64,000 nt of DNA from Tubiluchus corallicola (taxonomy: Eukaryota; Animalia; Priapulida): positions 432,265 through 496,264 of the forward strand of contig JAQGDQ010000107.1 of assembly GCA_030141605.1 (NCBI GenBank), in the 5' to 3' direction. The notes under the pieces are model-generated. The model ran no database searches. It was not told the origin of the DNA and saw only the letters and a program-made list of their open reading frames with translations. Both the position numbers and the translations under genes were made by a program. This document shows, piece after piece, positions 13,289 through 26,899 of this stretch; the stretch's first letter is position 1; each line of letters opens with the position of its first letter.

Positions 13289-13790
13289 TTTATATATATA
13301 TATTAATCTTTACTTGCCACTAAAATACATTGATAATCACTGATAAAAACTTTACAGAGATGATCAATCAGTGTTAGTTAATAAAAACTTACACTGCTAA
13401 AGGCAAATGCGTCAGTGCAATCTAAACTACTGTGCAGTAATGGAAAGTAACGACGAATAAAATCAAACATATTTACAACTATGCACAAAAAATGAAAAAA
13501 ATTATGATTTAATTAATATGGCCGTGGATATATGAATTCTGAATTAGTGTGTATGTTGTCGCACTGGTGTGATGGTATTTCATATCTGGTAAATATTAGT
13601 GATTTTAATTTTGTTTTAAATGCTGACAGGGACTTGATTTGTTTAACTTGTAATGGTAGAGAATTCCAAAGTAGAATTGCTTGCTTGATTACAGAGTTCG
13701 TTCCATAGTGGCTATTTGTCCTAATTTGTTTTAGATTGCTTGTTCTGGAATGTTCTTGCCTTGGAGCCACGTGTGTTTAAAAAAGGCAAT
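13289..13790 (-). mobile_element. LINE 3' end (CR1/L2/Crack group): ORF2 C-terminus, 3' UTR and TA tail
   Basis: ORF 13513..13770 contains RTNSHYGTNSVIKQAILLWNSLPLQVKQIKSLSAFKTKLK, the typical WNxLP...SL..FK..LK ORF2 terminus. Confidence 0.88.
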
Positions 13791-14435
13791 TTAATATTTT
13801 GTTATCGTAAATGTGATGTTGCTAGCTCTATCCTCTAACTCTATATTGGTGAGGTTGCGTCGAGTAGTAAGACTAACTCAGAGCCCGTCGTTGTCTTTGT
13901 GCTTTAGCAATGAAAATCAGCAGGCACAATCACACGAACAACGAAACGCTTTCACAAGATAACCACAATGCACAATACATAAAAAATTACATCACACGAA
14001 CACAGATTCTCGCTCAAACTTCTGTTAATATCAGTAATCAGTTTCTTAAAAATAGAAAAAGTTTCAAGTTTATTTTTCACACGTTTTAAAAGTTTTCTCT
14101 TGCTAAATATCCGTTGCTTTCAGTTTCCAAAATGCGAAAGAATCCCAAAGAGGGTTAAATTTCTTTCAAGAATTTTACTCAGCTGTGTACTTGTGTTACT
14201 GTCGACATTGTCAACTAACTGCAAATAGGTATTAAACGTTAAAGGTGACTGAGGTAGATTAATGACATGGATCGAATGGCTTCATATTTGAGAGGTTGCC
14301 TCATTAACAACACCCTTTAAGAGCAATTTACAATACTAACAGGCGGTACCTTGATCATTACAGAGCTTTATTTATTGAATACAAGTGGTTTTAGCTATTA
14401 ATTATTACAACAACACTGAGCTCAGATCTGGTTAA

Positions 14436-14896
14436 CCCTTTCAGTCCCAAATTATTTTTTTAAAAAGAAAAAAATTTTTGGCTTGGTACTTTTGTTCAGT
14501 ATGTCCATCTTGTTTACACATAATAATTACTTTTTTCTACCTGTGCCCGCGTGCTAAATATAACCTGTATCCCACGGGATACATTGGGATTCAATTGAAG
14601 CATAAAATGTGCTTCATTTTGCAACTGCTGATAATTTTTTTAAAGTATTTAAGACATTTAGTATGCACGCTATGCTGATCTGTACAAAGTCATCTCTAAA
14701 GTACTGTACCTTGCGCAGTTTTTTATGCTATGTAGATTTTCTAGTTTGCCATTTTATCATCATTTTTAGTCTATTGTTATTGACTTAAATCAAAATAACT
14801 ATTAACAGATCAAATAACTGTCAGTTTTAAAATGTTATTAATTTTAAAGGCAGAAAATATTCTCGTATCCCACGTGATACAACGGGTACGAAAGGG
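14436..14896. mobile_element. piggyBac-type MITE, copy 1
   Basis: ttaa|ccctttc ... gaaaggg|ttaa, with internal palindromes gtatcccacgggatac. Three copies in the window. Confidence 0.93.
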
Positions 14897-15984
14897 TTAA
14901 GTAAAACTTCACAGTAGCTAAAATGTTTGATATCCTGTTAGTATAGAAATATGTTTACATAGAAATAGAAATATGCTCAGTTTTATGTTCATGTGAAAAT
15001 GGAAATATGAGTGTGTTAATTTCGCATTTCAAATAGTTCAAAGTGGTAAAACGTTTTAATGCGCATAGGTATTTATAACTGCAAAAAATTACAAAATGGG
15101 GCAAATTAGTAGCTAGAAATCAACTTGCGTCACAAAGTTTCATCACAGTTACGCCATCGGAATAACATTTTGAAAAACCTCAGTTAGATGTTTAAAGAAA
15201 CTATAAATGAAAAATTAAACCAGGACTATATTGTTTTATGATGGGCATCTTGAAAACAGCATTAACGCACAGGCCACATTGTATTCCATAACAAATAGAT
15301 TTACTCCGTAACTGACAACTGTGCTAATTGGCTACCATCATCTACCAGATGTTCCCGCTTGAAAAGTGGCAAAAAGAAAAATTCAGACACATTTTTCAAG
15401 GCTATTCTAGTCCTTGTCGTTCACATAGGTACGCAAACTGGTTAAGAATCCTAAATCCTTTATAAGTAACAAGTATGAAATGCTAAAATGGTAATATAAA
15501 CAGCACTAGAAAATGCCTAATGATCATTTTAGATCCTATTTAGATGAATAGTTTTGATGTTGAACTCCCAAAAATCATTCTCTCAAAGAATTTGTTGCAA
15601 ATTGTAGTAATCAGAGCTAGACTACTTACCAAGCTTCTGCGCCTCTCCTGAAGAGGCAGTTTTTTATGGGCCACATCAAGGTTAAATTCAGCGGCTAAAT
15701 AACATTTAACTTTCCAATTTTTAGCGGAGCAAAAACAAAATAATGTTGTTGCAAATATTGTGAAACTGCAGCTGAGTTTTCCTCTAGAGATATTAAGCGC
15801 TGAAATATCTTGAAATTAGATGGCTTTTGAAATTAGATGGCTTTGGGTGCAGGTGAATTCAATGATTGGCTCACATAGGGACCAAATTTAAATGATTTTA
15901 ATCCGCAAAACAAACTGAATGTACATGGTCTCTCTCACGCCTCCATTGTCGTTCCCACCATTGTTACTACTATAAGCATTCTCC

Positions 15985-16198
15985 ACCATCACCGCCCTCA
16001 TCATGATCGTCATTATTATCCTCCTCTTTGCCGTCGTAGTCATCCTCACTATCGTCGTCATCATCATCATCATCATCATCGCCATCGTCATCATCATCAT
16101 CATCGTCGTCGTCGTCGTCATCGTCGCCGTCATCATCATCATAATCATCATCATCATCATCATCGTCGTCGTCGTCGTCGTCGTCGTCGTCATCATCA

Positions 16199-16239
<41 letters not shown>

Positions 16240-16510
16240 ATCATCATCATCGTCGTCATCAAAGTTACTATCATGGTCATCGTCATCCTCCTCCTCCTCC
16301 TCCTCCTCATCATCATCCTCATCATCGTCGTCATCATCATCATCATCATCATCATCGTCATCATCATCATCGTCATCGTCATCGTCATCGTCATCATCAT
16401 CATCATCGTCATCATCATCATCATCATCGTCATCATCATCATCATCATCACTCCTCCTCCTCCTCCTCCTTCTCCTCCTCCTCCTCCTCATCATCATCAT
16501 CATCATTATC
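15985..16510. repeat. Compound trinucleotide tract (CAT/CGT/CCT)n
   Basis: Produces the poly-D, poly-M and poly-I ORFs in three frames. Confidence 0.95.
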
Positions 16511-17210
16511 GTGAGTATCGATAACCTGCTGAGATAACCTAGACATTTTAATGAATAATCTCAAAGTTGAAATACACAGAAAGGTGGGACGATCCCTAAA
16601 AATAAGCGGTTCGGCAAAAGATCAAGGGTTCGAATGGCCTTGATTCTACTCTTCACAATAAACTTCAAGCTGCGGTACTTTACCGCTAAAGCATTTTCTC
16701 ACGTGTCTTAATGGCCCATTATAGAACTCCTCGATTTCGTGCACTTAGGTTTATGGGAATTTAAAGCAAAGTAAATGTGCTCCAAGGAACGTCAAACGTG
16801 ATCAACTCGAGCATTTCACCTGCTGTTATATTAAAAGATTGATTAACAGAGCTATTTTTAAAAATGGCAACTTGGGTATAATTCTGATAATGGCAGAAAT
16901 TGTTACAGCAATTACTTAAATGCTTTTCTGCTTGTAGAAGTTTATTGCGAGGCGGTTAGCTGAAGATTAAGATTGAGAAGGTCAAAAGCGAAAACGTGGA
17001 ATTTAATTAAACCGTCTTTTTCGTTTAGGACTCGTATGTGATTATCATTAGAAAATGAGTGTTGTTTTAATTAAATGACAATCATAAAACTAGTGATTGT
17101 TTTGAACAGGTTATTATGATTGCTATTAATTTTGGCAATAGGTGGTTTCGTATTCTTGATCGTAGAACAACATATGCTGAAAGTATTGAAGAATGAAGAA
17201 GCATCAGTTT

Positions 17211-18112
17211 TGTGACATAAGATACAGACTGTTACTACACCTTGTTACACACCTGTGACATAAGATACAGACTGTTACTACACCTTGTTACACACCTGTG
17301 ACATAAGATACAGACTGTTACTACACCTTGTTACACACCTGTGACATAAGAGATACAGACTATTACTACACCTTGTTACACACCTGTGACATAAGATACA
17401 GACTGTTACTACACCTTGTTACACACCTGTGACATAAGATACAGACTGTTACTACACCTTGTTACACACCTGTGACATAAGATACAGACTGTTACTACAC
17501 CATGTTACACACCTGTGACATAAGATACAGACTGTTACTACACTTTGTTACACACCTGTGACATAAAATACAGACTGTTACTACACCATGTTACACACCT
17601 GTGACATAAGATACAGACTGTTACTACACCTTGTTACACACCTGTGACATAAGATACAGACTGTTACTACACCTTGTTACACACCTGTGACATAAGATAC
17701 AGACTGTTACTACACCTTGTTACACACCTGTGACATAAGATACAGACTGTTACTACACCTTGTTACACACCTGTGACATAAGATACAGACTGTTACTACA
17801 CTTTGTTACACACCTGTGACATAAGATACAGACTGTTACTACACCTTGTTACACACTTGTGACATAAGATACAGACTGTTACTACACCTTGTTACACACT
17901 TGTGACATAAGATACAGACTGTTACTACACCTTGTTACACACTTGTGACATAAGATACAGACTGTTACTACACCTTGTTACACACCTGTGACATAAGATA
18001 CAGACTATTACTACACCTTGTTACACACTTGTGACATAAGATACAGACTGTTACTACACCTTGTTACACACCTGTGACATAAGATACAGACTGTAACTAC
18101 ACCTTGTTACAC
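17211..18112. repeat. 43-bp minisatellite, ~21 copies
   Basis: Unit tgtgacataagatacagactgttactacaccttgttacacacc, highly homogeneous. Confidence 0.98.
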
Positions 18113-18693
18113 TCTCGTGTTTAAACCTAAGTAAAGAGGCTTAGCCATGAGAAAGACATAGTTCCACTATTTTTCCGTTGTTTTTTTTCCTTCAATAGTC
18201 GATCTTACAGTTGTGGCATTTCTGAAAGAAATTCTATTATTTATTATAATTCTTTATTTTTAAAAACTATGTACAGAATACATTCCCTCTATTTGTAGGG
18301 ATATGTTTAAAATTTCTAAAAGCATTTACAACGTATTAAACCTATTCATATATATATATAATTTAGAATCCAACGCATGAGACAGATTGAACGACAACGA
18401 TCATATACAGTTATAAATTATAATCCAACAGTACATACATACATACATAATAAAAGATAACGAACATATTTTAATACTTAGTAACAAAAATTTACACACA
18501 TTATACACAATGAAAAGCAGCGAGTACAATTATAATAAACCTAATTGCCAATTATAATGTAAGTTCACATAATCATAAATAAAAACAAAACAGCATATAG
18601 AAAACACGACGAGAGTTGTAAAATTTCATCACCAACAGACTGTTTATATACGAGCGAAAGAACTTTAAGTTGCATTATAATTTTCTTAATTAA

Positions 18694-19147
18694 CCCTTTC
18701 ATACCCGTTGTATCCCGTGGGATACGAAAATATTTTCTGCATTTAGAATTAATAAAATTTTAAAACTGACAGTTATTTGATCTGTTAATAGTTATTTTGA
18801 TTTAAGCCAATAACAATAGACTAAAATGGTGATAAAATGGCAAACTACAAAATCTACATAGCATAAAAAACTGCGCAAGGTGCAGTACTTTAGAGATGAC
18901 TTTGTACAGATCAGCATAGCATGCATACTAAATGTCTTAAATACTTTAAAAAATCATCAGCAGTTGCAAAATGAAGCACATTTTATGCTTCCATTGAATC
19001 CCAAAGTATCCCGTGGGATACAGGCTATATTTAGCACGCGGGCACAGGTAGAAAAATATTATTATGCGTAAACAAGATGGACATACTGAACAAAAGTACC
19101 AAGCCAAAAGAATTTTTCTTATTAAAAATAATTTGGGACTGAAAGGG
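18694..19147. mobile_element. piggyBac-type MITE, copy 2 (inverted relative to copy 1)
   Basis: TTAA on both sides, CCC..GGG ends; reverse complement of 14436-14896. Confidence 0.93.
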
Positions 19148-19824
19148 TTAATAATTTAAGAGCACTTTTGACACGTTTTAGTCATTTGCAAGGTCACATA
19201 GTAAAATCTAGGCCACTGGACTAGACAGGGTGGAAGTTTTTGAGATTGTTTCTGGGCAGGAGCCTTTGTAACTGAATTCTCTGAGTTTCTTTAGCTGATG
19301 TTTTTCTTAAACTTTGATTTATTTACGGAATAACATGAAAGGTTGAGGTCAAATCAAAACTGTCCAGCAGCGCTCGAGCTTATTACCACTCAGCAAACAT
19401 ATCACATTTCTTCTTACAGCAATTTCTGAATAAGCATAATTCCGTCGTGTTCAAGTATGCACGAGGAAAACAACATGTAAAATAAACGACTGACTTTCAT
19501 CACTGAATGTTAGTGCTATTTCACGTAAGAACAACAAATATTCTAAAACAACATGAAACTTGGCATGTTACCAATCTAAACGCGAATAATAAACCCAGCA
19601 GGGAACCGTAAAACGTCTTCTATCACGTAACTTGATGCCATTACTAACAGGTCATCACAAATGTAGTTTTTCCAACATTTCAATCTTCTTAAAGCCGAGA
19701 TTCTTCAATTTAAATACGTAATCAAGTGCCTTATGCCGAGTAATGTTTAGTCTCATAAATACTTCTTGTTAATTTTGAATTTGGTTGCAAGAATGCTGCA
19801 ATTACAAACAAACGAGCGAGCAAG

Positions 19825-20200
19825 TGGACTGACTGGCTGACCAGCTACTGACTGACTGATAGATAGATAACTGGCAAACTGGCTGACTGACTGGTTGATT
19901 ATTTGACTAACTAACTAACTGACTGACTAACTGAATGACTGACCGACCGACCGACCGACCGACCGACCGACCAACCAACCAACCAACCAAACAACCAAAC
20001 AACCAACCAACCAACCAACCAAAGAACCAACCAACGAATTAAATAACTAGATAACTAACTAACTAACTAACCAACCAACCAACCAACCCACAAACCAACC
20101 AACCAACCAACTAACCAACCAAAGAACCAACCAACCAACTAAATAACTAGTTAACTAACTAAACTAACTAATCAACAAACTAATTAGTTAGGTAACTAAT
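19825..20200. repeat. Compound tetranucleotide tract (GACT/GACC/AACC/AACT)
   Basis: Directly visible. Confidence 0.9.
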
Positions 20201-20517
20201 TACAAGGGATATGGAATGGAGATTACATCGTGTAAGACAATACTGTAAACAAAACCAGCAAGCAAAAAACTGAGAACAGTCTAGTGGTTTAGGTATTACA
20301 TTAGGCTTAGTGTGCAGTTAGGTTAGAGCAGTATTATTTGGGTTTGTTCGAAACAGAAATAAAGCTGACCTTAGACTGTTTGCAGCAAGAATGTAAATAA
20401 CCTGTAATAGAAGTGCATGTAAGTTCAATTGCATGGCTCAATCATGTGCTGTGTTTAAGGTCTATCATGCTGTTGAACTGTTATAGATAACATTGTCGTT
20501 TCTTCTGCTTTTTTCAG

Positions 20518-20790
20518 TCTTCCTATCCCTAATCTTATTCTTTTTTTCCATTCCATCATTTCTTCTGACCCTAACCATTCTTTCATTCACTCATCCTTCG
20601 CTCCCTTCCTTCTTCCTTTCCCCAATCTTGCTATTTTTTCCATTCCATCATTTCTTCTGACCTTAGCCATTCTTTCATTTACTCATCCTCCCCTCCCTTC
20701 CTTCTTCCTATCCCTAATCTTATTATTTTTTCCATGCCATCATTTTTTGTGACCCTAACCATTCTTTCATTCACTCATTTCTGCCACCCT
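20518..20790. repeat. Degenerate ~92-bp pyrimidine-rich unit, 3 copies
   Basis: tcttcctatccctaatcttatt...ttccatcatttcttctgaccctaaccattctttcattcactcat recurs three times. Confidence 0.8.
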
Positions 20791-20940
20791 AACAAGCCAA
20801 GCTTTCAAGGTGTCATACAGCAACTCTTTTATTTGGTTAATTTGACTTCATCAACGTTTTTTTACCTATACTGTTTCTTGTTTTTTTCAATAATATTGTA
20901 TGTTGATGTATTGTATATGTATTGCTGGAGTGAAACAAAA

Positions 20941-20947
20941 TGATTGA

Positions 20948-21003
<56 letters not shown>
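20941..21003. repeat. (GATT)n microsatellite
   Basis: Directly visible; may be a retroposon tail. Confidence 0.95.
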
Positions 21004-21504
21004 CTTGAACATGGCAGTGGGGCTGATCAGACCCATCATTCGTTGCCGATAATGCAATAAAATAGAAGTCGACACTGTTTAATCGTTTCTTTTGTGAAAG
21101 GACGTGGAGTTATCATAGAACAGTGACATTTCTGAGTCCAAACCGGTAGCCTAACTATTTATAGTACAGCTTTTCAAATATTCATTCGTTAATTGTGTGT
21201 TTGAAAATCGGACTTAGGTTACAAATAATGTTCATGGGTAATCTATGTGGTGTAAAATGCGAAAAAAATCTCACAAACAGTTCTTAATTTTAATTTTTAT
21301 AACGAATTGGGTTAGTAAAATTTCGACTGGACTCATTAATTAATGAATAAATAAATAAATAATTTTTTTTCTTTTTTGTTCATTTAATATTTATTTCAAC
21401 CCATAAAAAATGCCACATGAAAGTTTAAAATTTGCCCTGAAAACCAAGAAATACTACATGTCATCTCTTATATTAATATTATTGGTATGGGCTTAATATA
21501 TAAG

Positions 21505-21960
21505 ATTCGAGGCTACAGCCCGGACGAGGGCACCATTTGCGGGCACCATCTATACATCAAAGGAAAGGTCTCGATCTAGTGTCGTCTCATTGATGGTTTA
21601 TTTTTCGAATCGGGCCCACCGGAAGGAAGGGGAGGCGAAAAACCTCCAAAAATGGCCCTTTTTCGGTCGTTTTTTTGCAAAAGTTATACGGCTGAGATGT
21701 AGAGAACGGGAACGGGCCGAGGGGGGTGCTGGGTATGGATAGATAGCCCGCTCAGCGGTGGGTGTAGTAGGCATATTTTGAATTCGCGAGAGGGCCAGGG
21801 CGCCCCGCAACGGGCATTTTTCCGGACCCAACTCGCGATTTTTTTCGAAATTTTGACTAAATAGCCTGCGGAAAAAACGCTCTAGCGGCGCCTGGTGGGA
21901 CTCTCGGAAGGAGATATACGGCTCTTTACAAAGAGGAAGGACAAGGCTACACGATGATGT
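21505..21960. mobile_element. GC/CpG-rich fragment of a probable non-autonomous DNA or rolling-circle element
   Basis: Abrupt GC rise. Motif tatacatcaaaggaaaggtctcga is shared (inverted) with 33165-33197. No clear termini found. Confidence 0.4.
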
Positions 21961-22547
21961 GAGATATATGTTAGGGCATGCATTATTAAAAGCCATGGAA
22001 ATTTATAAAAAATATAATAAAATTATACACAGAATTTAAAAATACAAAGCATCAGTTGAAAAAAACAGCGGTTACTACGTCAATAAAGATTTGAAAGGGC
22101 TTCAGAAAACTCTCCACTTTCCTCCCAAATAATCGAACATTTTAGTCGTCTTTGCTGCTCGCAATTTTTGCACTAGAGATGATACATGAGGTCACAAACG
22201 TACTTCACAGCTGGGTACTTTTAATTTAACTATGTGATAGTGCAACAGAACGCGAAAACACGAAACACAAAGACTAAAATATCCGTCAATTTTCGCAGCA
22301 GAAAATGGCGAAGAAGCGTAAAAGCTTCAACACTCAACGTGATGACGACAACAAAAGAGAATAAATTACAACACGTCGTTTTTCAGTACTTTTTCTTTCG
22401 CCTTTATGCAGTTTTTAAGTAAAAAATCAGATTTTTTGGGTTTTTTAGGATTATTTGGAACATTTAAAGATGACCCTGGGGTTTTATACTAATTTGTACT
22501 AATTCATTAAGTACTGCTGCATCATACATGATTAGCTGCGTCTTACT

Positions 22548-22917
22548 CAGCGGCGGATTATGATTTTATGGGCCTTAGGCTTGAGCTTGGAACGGGCCTT
22601 TTAAATGTTGCTACACTGCTGAGCTGACGTGTTTTTGTGGAGCTCTCGTCGTTTGTAAGTTTGTTTACGTTGTGTAAACTTGAATTGTGTAAACTTAAAT
22701 TGTGTAAACTTGATTTGTGTAAACCCGATTTGAAATATAGTGACTGACTTTTGAAAAAAAAACTTTTTTCTATATTTTATTTTGGCGGGCCCCTTGCTCT
22801 TTTGTCAATTTATTTTTTTTACAAAAAAAAAATTTTTTTCGTTTTATTTTGCCGGGCCCCTTTTGATCCCGGGCCTTAGGCTTCAGCCTATTCAGCCTAT
22901 AGGGCTATCCGCTACAG
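22548..22917. mobile_element. hAT-type MITE, family B
   Basis: Perfect 8-bp TSD gtcttact; degenerate TIR cagcggcggat / atccgctacag; subterminal gggccttaggctt at both ends; internal ttgtgtaaac repeat x4. Confidence 0.85.
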
Positions 22918-23099
22918 GTCTTACTCTATAACTATTATACCGGATAATACTTATAGCAACACTGTGCGATTATATTAAGTTTTTCTAAGTTGATATCAGC
23001 TTATTAATTGATTTCGTCGCGAGTAAAACTGAAGATACTATAAATTAGAACTTATGACGAACTTATGTAACGAGGATATGGATATAAGTACAAATAATT

Positions 23100-23541
23100 C
23101 ATCATTGGCGAATTATTTTACTGATAAATTCTTAAAAAAAATTATGTAATGTAATACGTGTTATGTTAGTTTTGTAATGTCAAATGTATAAGTAGTGTAA
23201 ATGTAATGAGTGAAATTTATGTAATGTAAAGCATGTTTCTGTTAATTGTGTCATCTTAAATGTATATATAGTGTAAAATATGTCATGTAAAATTTAATGT
23301 ATTTTTGTAATATTGTTTTGTAAAAATATTTTAATATGGTGTTTGTAAATATGTTCATTTATTGTATATAATTAGGCCTTAGTTTTGCACTTTAGTTTTT
23401 TTAGTCTGCACTGGACGCATTTGTCTTGAACAGTGTTGTTATTTTAACATTACGCTGAGGCTTACTCAATTTTATTATAATGAGTGAGCCATTTTAATGA
23501 CAAATAAAGAATTAATATAATATATATATATATATATATAT
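23100..23541 (+). mobile_element. LINE 3' UTR (relative of the 950-1152 family) with TA tail
   Basis: ttttagtctgcactggacgcatttg...atgacaaataaag then (TA)n, preceded by AT-rich tgtaa-rich sequence. Confidence 0.55.
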
Positions 23542-24210
23542 TAGTAAACCAAAGAGATTAGCATCAGAGATACTCGAAATGCAAATAAACAGTGTACATA
23601 AAAGGTCATGGTATAATGAAGTAGTTGAGGCTGCAAAATATACCACAGATGCTAATAAAGAAAGGGTGAAGGTCATGGAAAAATCTGAATGGAAGAAAGA
23701 AATAAAGAATAAGATTGAATGTTGTATAAAGAATGAATGTGCAGAAAAATGCAGGAGCAACACTAAATTAAGATTTTGAAGGCATACCGAGTGGAAACGA
23801 CAAAATTACATAGACACATGCAAGCCAGAAGAGGTTAAAGATATATTGAAAATAAGACTGAATATGATTAAAGTTAAGGGGAACTACAAGAATGAGTTTA
23901 AGGATCAGTTATTATGCCCAGTGTGTGAGGAAGATGATGACACTACTGAACATACGCTTAGATGTTACAGATATGGAGAATGGAAAAAATTTGAACTCAG
24001 ATATATTAATGAACAGTGAAAAGGAAGAATTGCTAGAAATTAGAAATCTAGTGAACGAATGCATGGAATACAGGATAAAGACAAATAAAGACATTAAACT
24101 TGGAAAAGACAAATAAAAGATCAGCGTTATAGAAGAACAGACTTTGCACCCTATAAAGGTGCCCACCTCTGATAGGTGGAGAGAGTCGAGTATCGCAATC
24201 GCAATCGCAA
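23542..24210 (+). mobile_element. LINE 3' end with CCHC zinc knuckle (clade unassigned, RTEX-like possible)
   Basis: Frameshifted ORF ...SWYNEV...KSEWKKEIKNKI...TKLRF / YIDTCKPEEVKDILKIRLNMIKVKGNYKNEFKDQLLCPVCEEDDDTTEHTLRC. Two small 3' hairpins and an (ATCGCA)3 tail. Confidence 0.85.
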
Positions 24211-24412
24211 ATTGATCATGTTACAGTGTTGGATAGCTGATTTTAAATTTTAAATTAACGTTTCTTTCGAAGATAAAAACAAGCATTCATGACAAGTTCA
24301 TTGAGAAGTGAAAACTGAGACGAATAGGCGCATCTGAGGAGACTGGTTATTTGATTAATTAGTCGCATGATCAGGCTGTTAGTCTGGCAGGTTTTAGCTA
24401 ACAAACAGGTAG

Positions 24413-24580
24413 ACAGACTGACTGACTGAGTGAGTGAATGAGTGAGTGAGTGAGTGAGTGAGTGAGTGAGTGAGTGACTGACTGACTGACTGACTGACTG
24501 ACTGGCTGGCTGGCTGGCTGGCTGACTGACTGACTGACTGACTGACTGACTGACTGACTGACTGACTGACTGACTGACTG

Positions 24581-24612
<32 letters not shown>

Positions 24613-24736
24613 ACGGACGGACGGACGGACGGACGGACGGACTGACTGACTGACTGACTGACTGACTGACTGACTGACTGACTGACTGACTGACTGACTG
24701 ACTGACTGACTGACTGACTGACTGACTGACTGACTG

Positions 24737-24768
<32 letters not shown>

Positions 24769-24796
24769 ACGGACGGACGGACGGACTGACTGACTG
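24413..24796. repeat. Compound tetranucleotide tract (GACT/GAGT/GGCT/GACG)
   Basis: Explains the SVSQ-repeat ORF 24394..24942. Confidence 0.96.
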
Positions 24797-26899
24797 AGTT
24801 TTTGACTTACTTCATGTGCGCTTCCCTTTGAACTGCTGCGGTTATCAGTTATTGCACAGAACAGCTCTACGCTTTCTTGCAACTCACTGGGTGAATGACA
24901 ATTAAAGCAAACTTGGCAATGAATTATGCGTAACTCATTCAACCCACTACATTAATCTTCACTAATTTTGGTAAATACGTTTTACATTGGTTGTTATAGG
25001 TCCGCCGTTGTTAGAGAAAAATCGCTAGGTTTTCACGGTTTGCGCTAAAAGGATTAGCTCAGTTGAACGATCGGCGCCGTACATGAATGATTTTTCAGCG
25101 CTGATCACGCAAACTTCTCTGTTGAAATCTCGATGAACGAGAATTCTATGAACGCGCACACGTGTCCGTAAAAACTCACGGCTAAATTGACAAAAATCAA
25201 CATTTGAAATATCCTCGGGAAAGAACGATATTTGTTTCAAAATACTGATTGCAACATTTTAATGGTTTATCGGGAATTTTCTATCCTTTTCAATATCACC
25301 ATAAATACATTCTGCCTAAGTGACTACGCTATATAAACCTAAATTGTTAAAGAAAAACCGGACGATTGTTTAGACTCAATCTCATTTTAATTTACTGTCT
25401 AAAATTTACTGTTTCAAAATACTGATTGCAACATTTTAATGGTTTATCGGGAAATTTCAATCCTTTTACAAAATGTGAAAAGATTTGGAAGCGGATTACA
25501 CCAGGGATGTATGAAACTGTACGGAGCTCCTGTTTGCAAATGTTGACAGAAGGTTGTTGGTGAAAGGCAAAAGGAGTAGCAACAGCAACAACAGCTAATA
25601 CCATGACCACGTCAGTGACAAGAAAAGTGACCACCACAGCCTGTTAAAGGAAGACCGGACGACTGTTTAGACTCAATCTCATTTTAATTTACTGTCCAAA
25701 ATATTCATTTTCTTGCCTATAAAAGGTAACAATTGTTCCTTATATTTGAATAATTAGCTTAGAAAGTTAATTAACGGCAACCGAACACAGCTATTGCTTA
25801 CGTCAGAAACTAACCACTATTGCTTACGTCAGAAACTAACCACAGCTTGTGCAATGGCAAGCGTCTTCTCCTAAGCACAATTGCATAGGTGTTACAGTAC
25901 TGGTTAAACGTATGATGTGACGAAAAATGGGCTCTACATCATATGACGCCAGAAACTAACACTGCAGTTCACGATTATGCTTATTACTGTACCGTCTTCT
26001 ATTTGTCGGCAACGCGGATGTATCAAAAAGGCGCCGCTACCAATCTTAATAGATTCACTGAGCTGCGCGTAGCTTTGATAGTTAACGAAATTTGAGTATC
26101 CGAGGTAATTATTATTTAATCTAAGCTTTGATTTAAAAAAAGCTGTTGTAGTTTTCAATATTTTAGAGCATTGTTTATTCGGAACTCGTGTTTACACAAT
26201 CATCCGGTTTTCCTTTAAGAACAGCAGCAGTAGTAATGCTACTGACACTGCCTATGATAGAAGAAAAACCTGCTACTCAAAGTTTACTCAAAAGTATTAA
26301 TTAGATTAACTAATCGCTTAGTTCACTGCCACCCTTACCTGCCTCCACGCCCAGGGGTTACAAAATTTCGATATAAGCCAAATTTCGTTTACGTTGACGT
26401 GTAATTTTTAGCAGAATTCACTTTTTCCCTCAAATGTCTGACCATACTCACCCCCAGGATAGCATAAATAAGTGCAATAAAGAGATTTTATAAACCGATA
26501 CGGTAGCGCAAAGGAGTCACACAAGACTAAATACATCAACTGATGTCAATTGTGAGTCTGTGACTATTTTAGGAATCTCGTTTGGGGATCGAAAAATGTC
26601 GCTCGTTTGTATGGATGGCTGTAACATAAATGTATTGAGACTTTAGGGAATAAACCCATTAGGGCCTGAATGTTGCCACTGATTAATAGATACGGAATAC
26701 GAGTCCTATACACGAACTACTTTCATAGCCTTGAGTGAGTATGAAAGAGAAATCATATACATGTACTTAGATTATTGCTGAACGTGTTGACATGGTTAAT
26801 GTTCATTAAACAGTAAGCGGTTATGCGTCATAAATGTATGTAATATGCAGACATTTACTTATGGTTTTTTATTAATTTGACATGTAGTTTGTTCATTGC

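Noticed and set aside
15888-16524. Poly-Asp acidic protein (biomineralisation-like) ORF
   Set aside because: A pure trinucleotide tract open in several frames on both strands, with no signal peptide or unique coding flank. Similar tracts occur at 37140 and 53050.
14436-19147. Composite piggyBac transposon formed by two MITE copies
   Set aside because: Both outer ends are the same end type, and TTAA flanks every copy, so there is no evidence of joint mobilisation.
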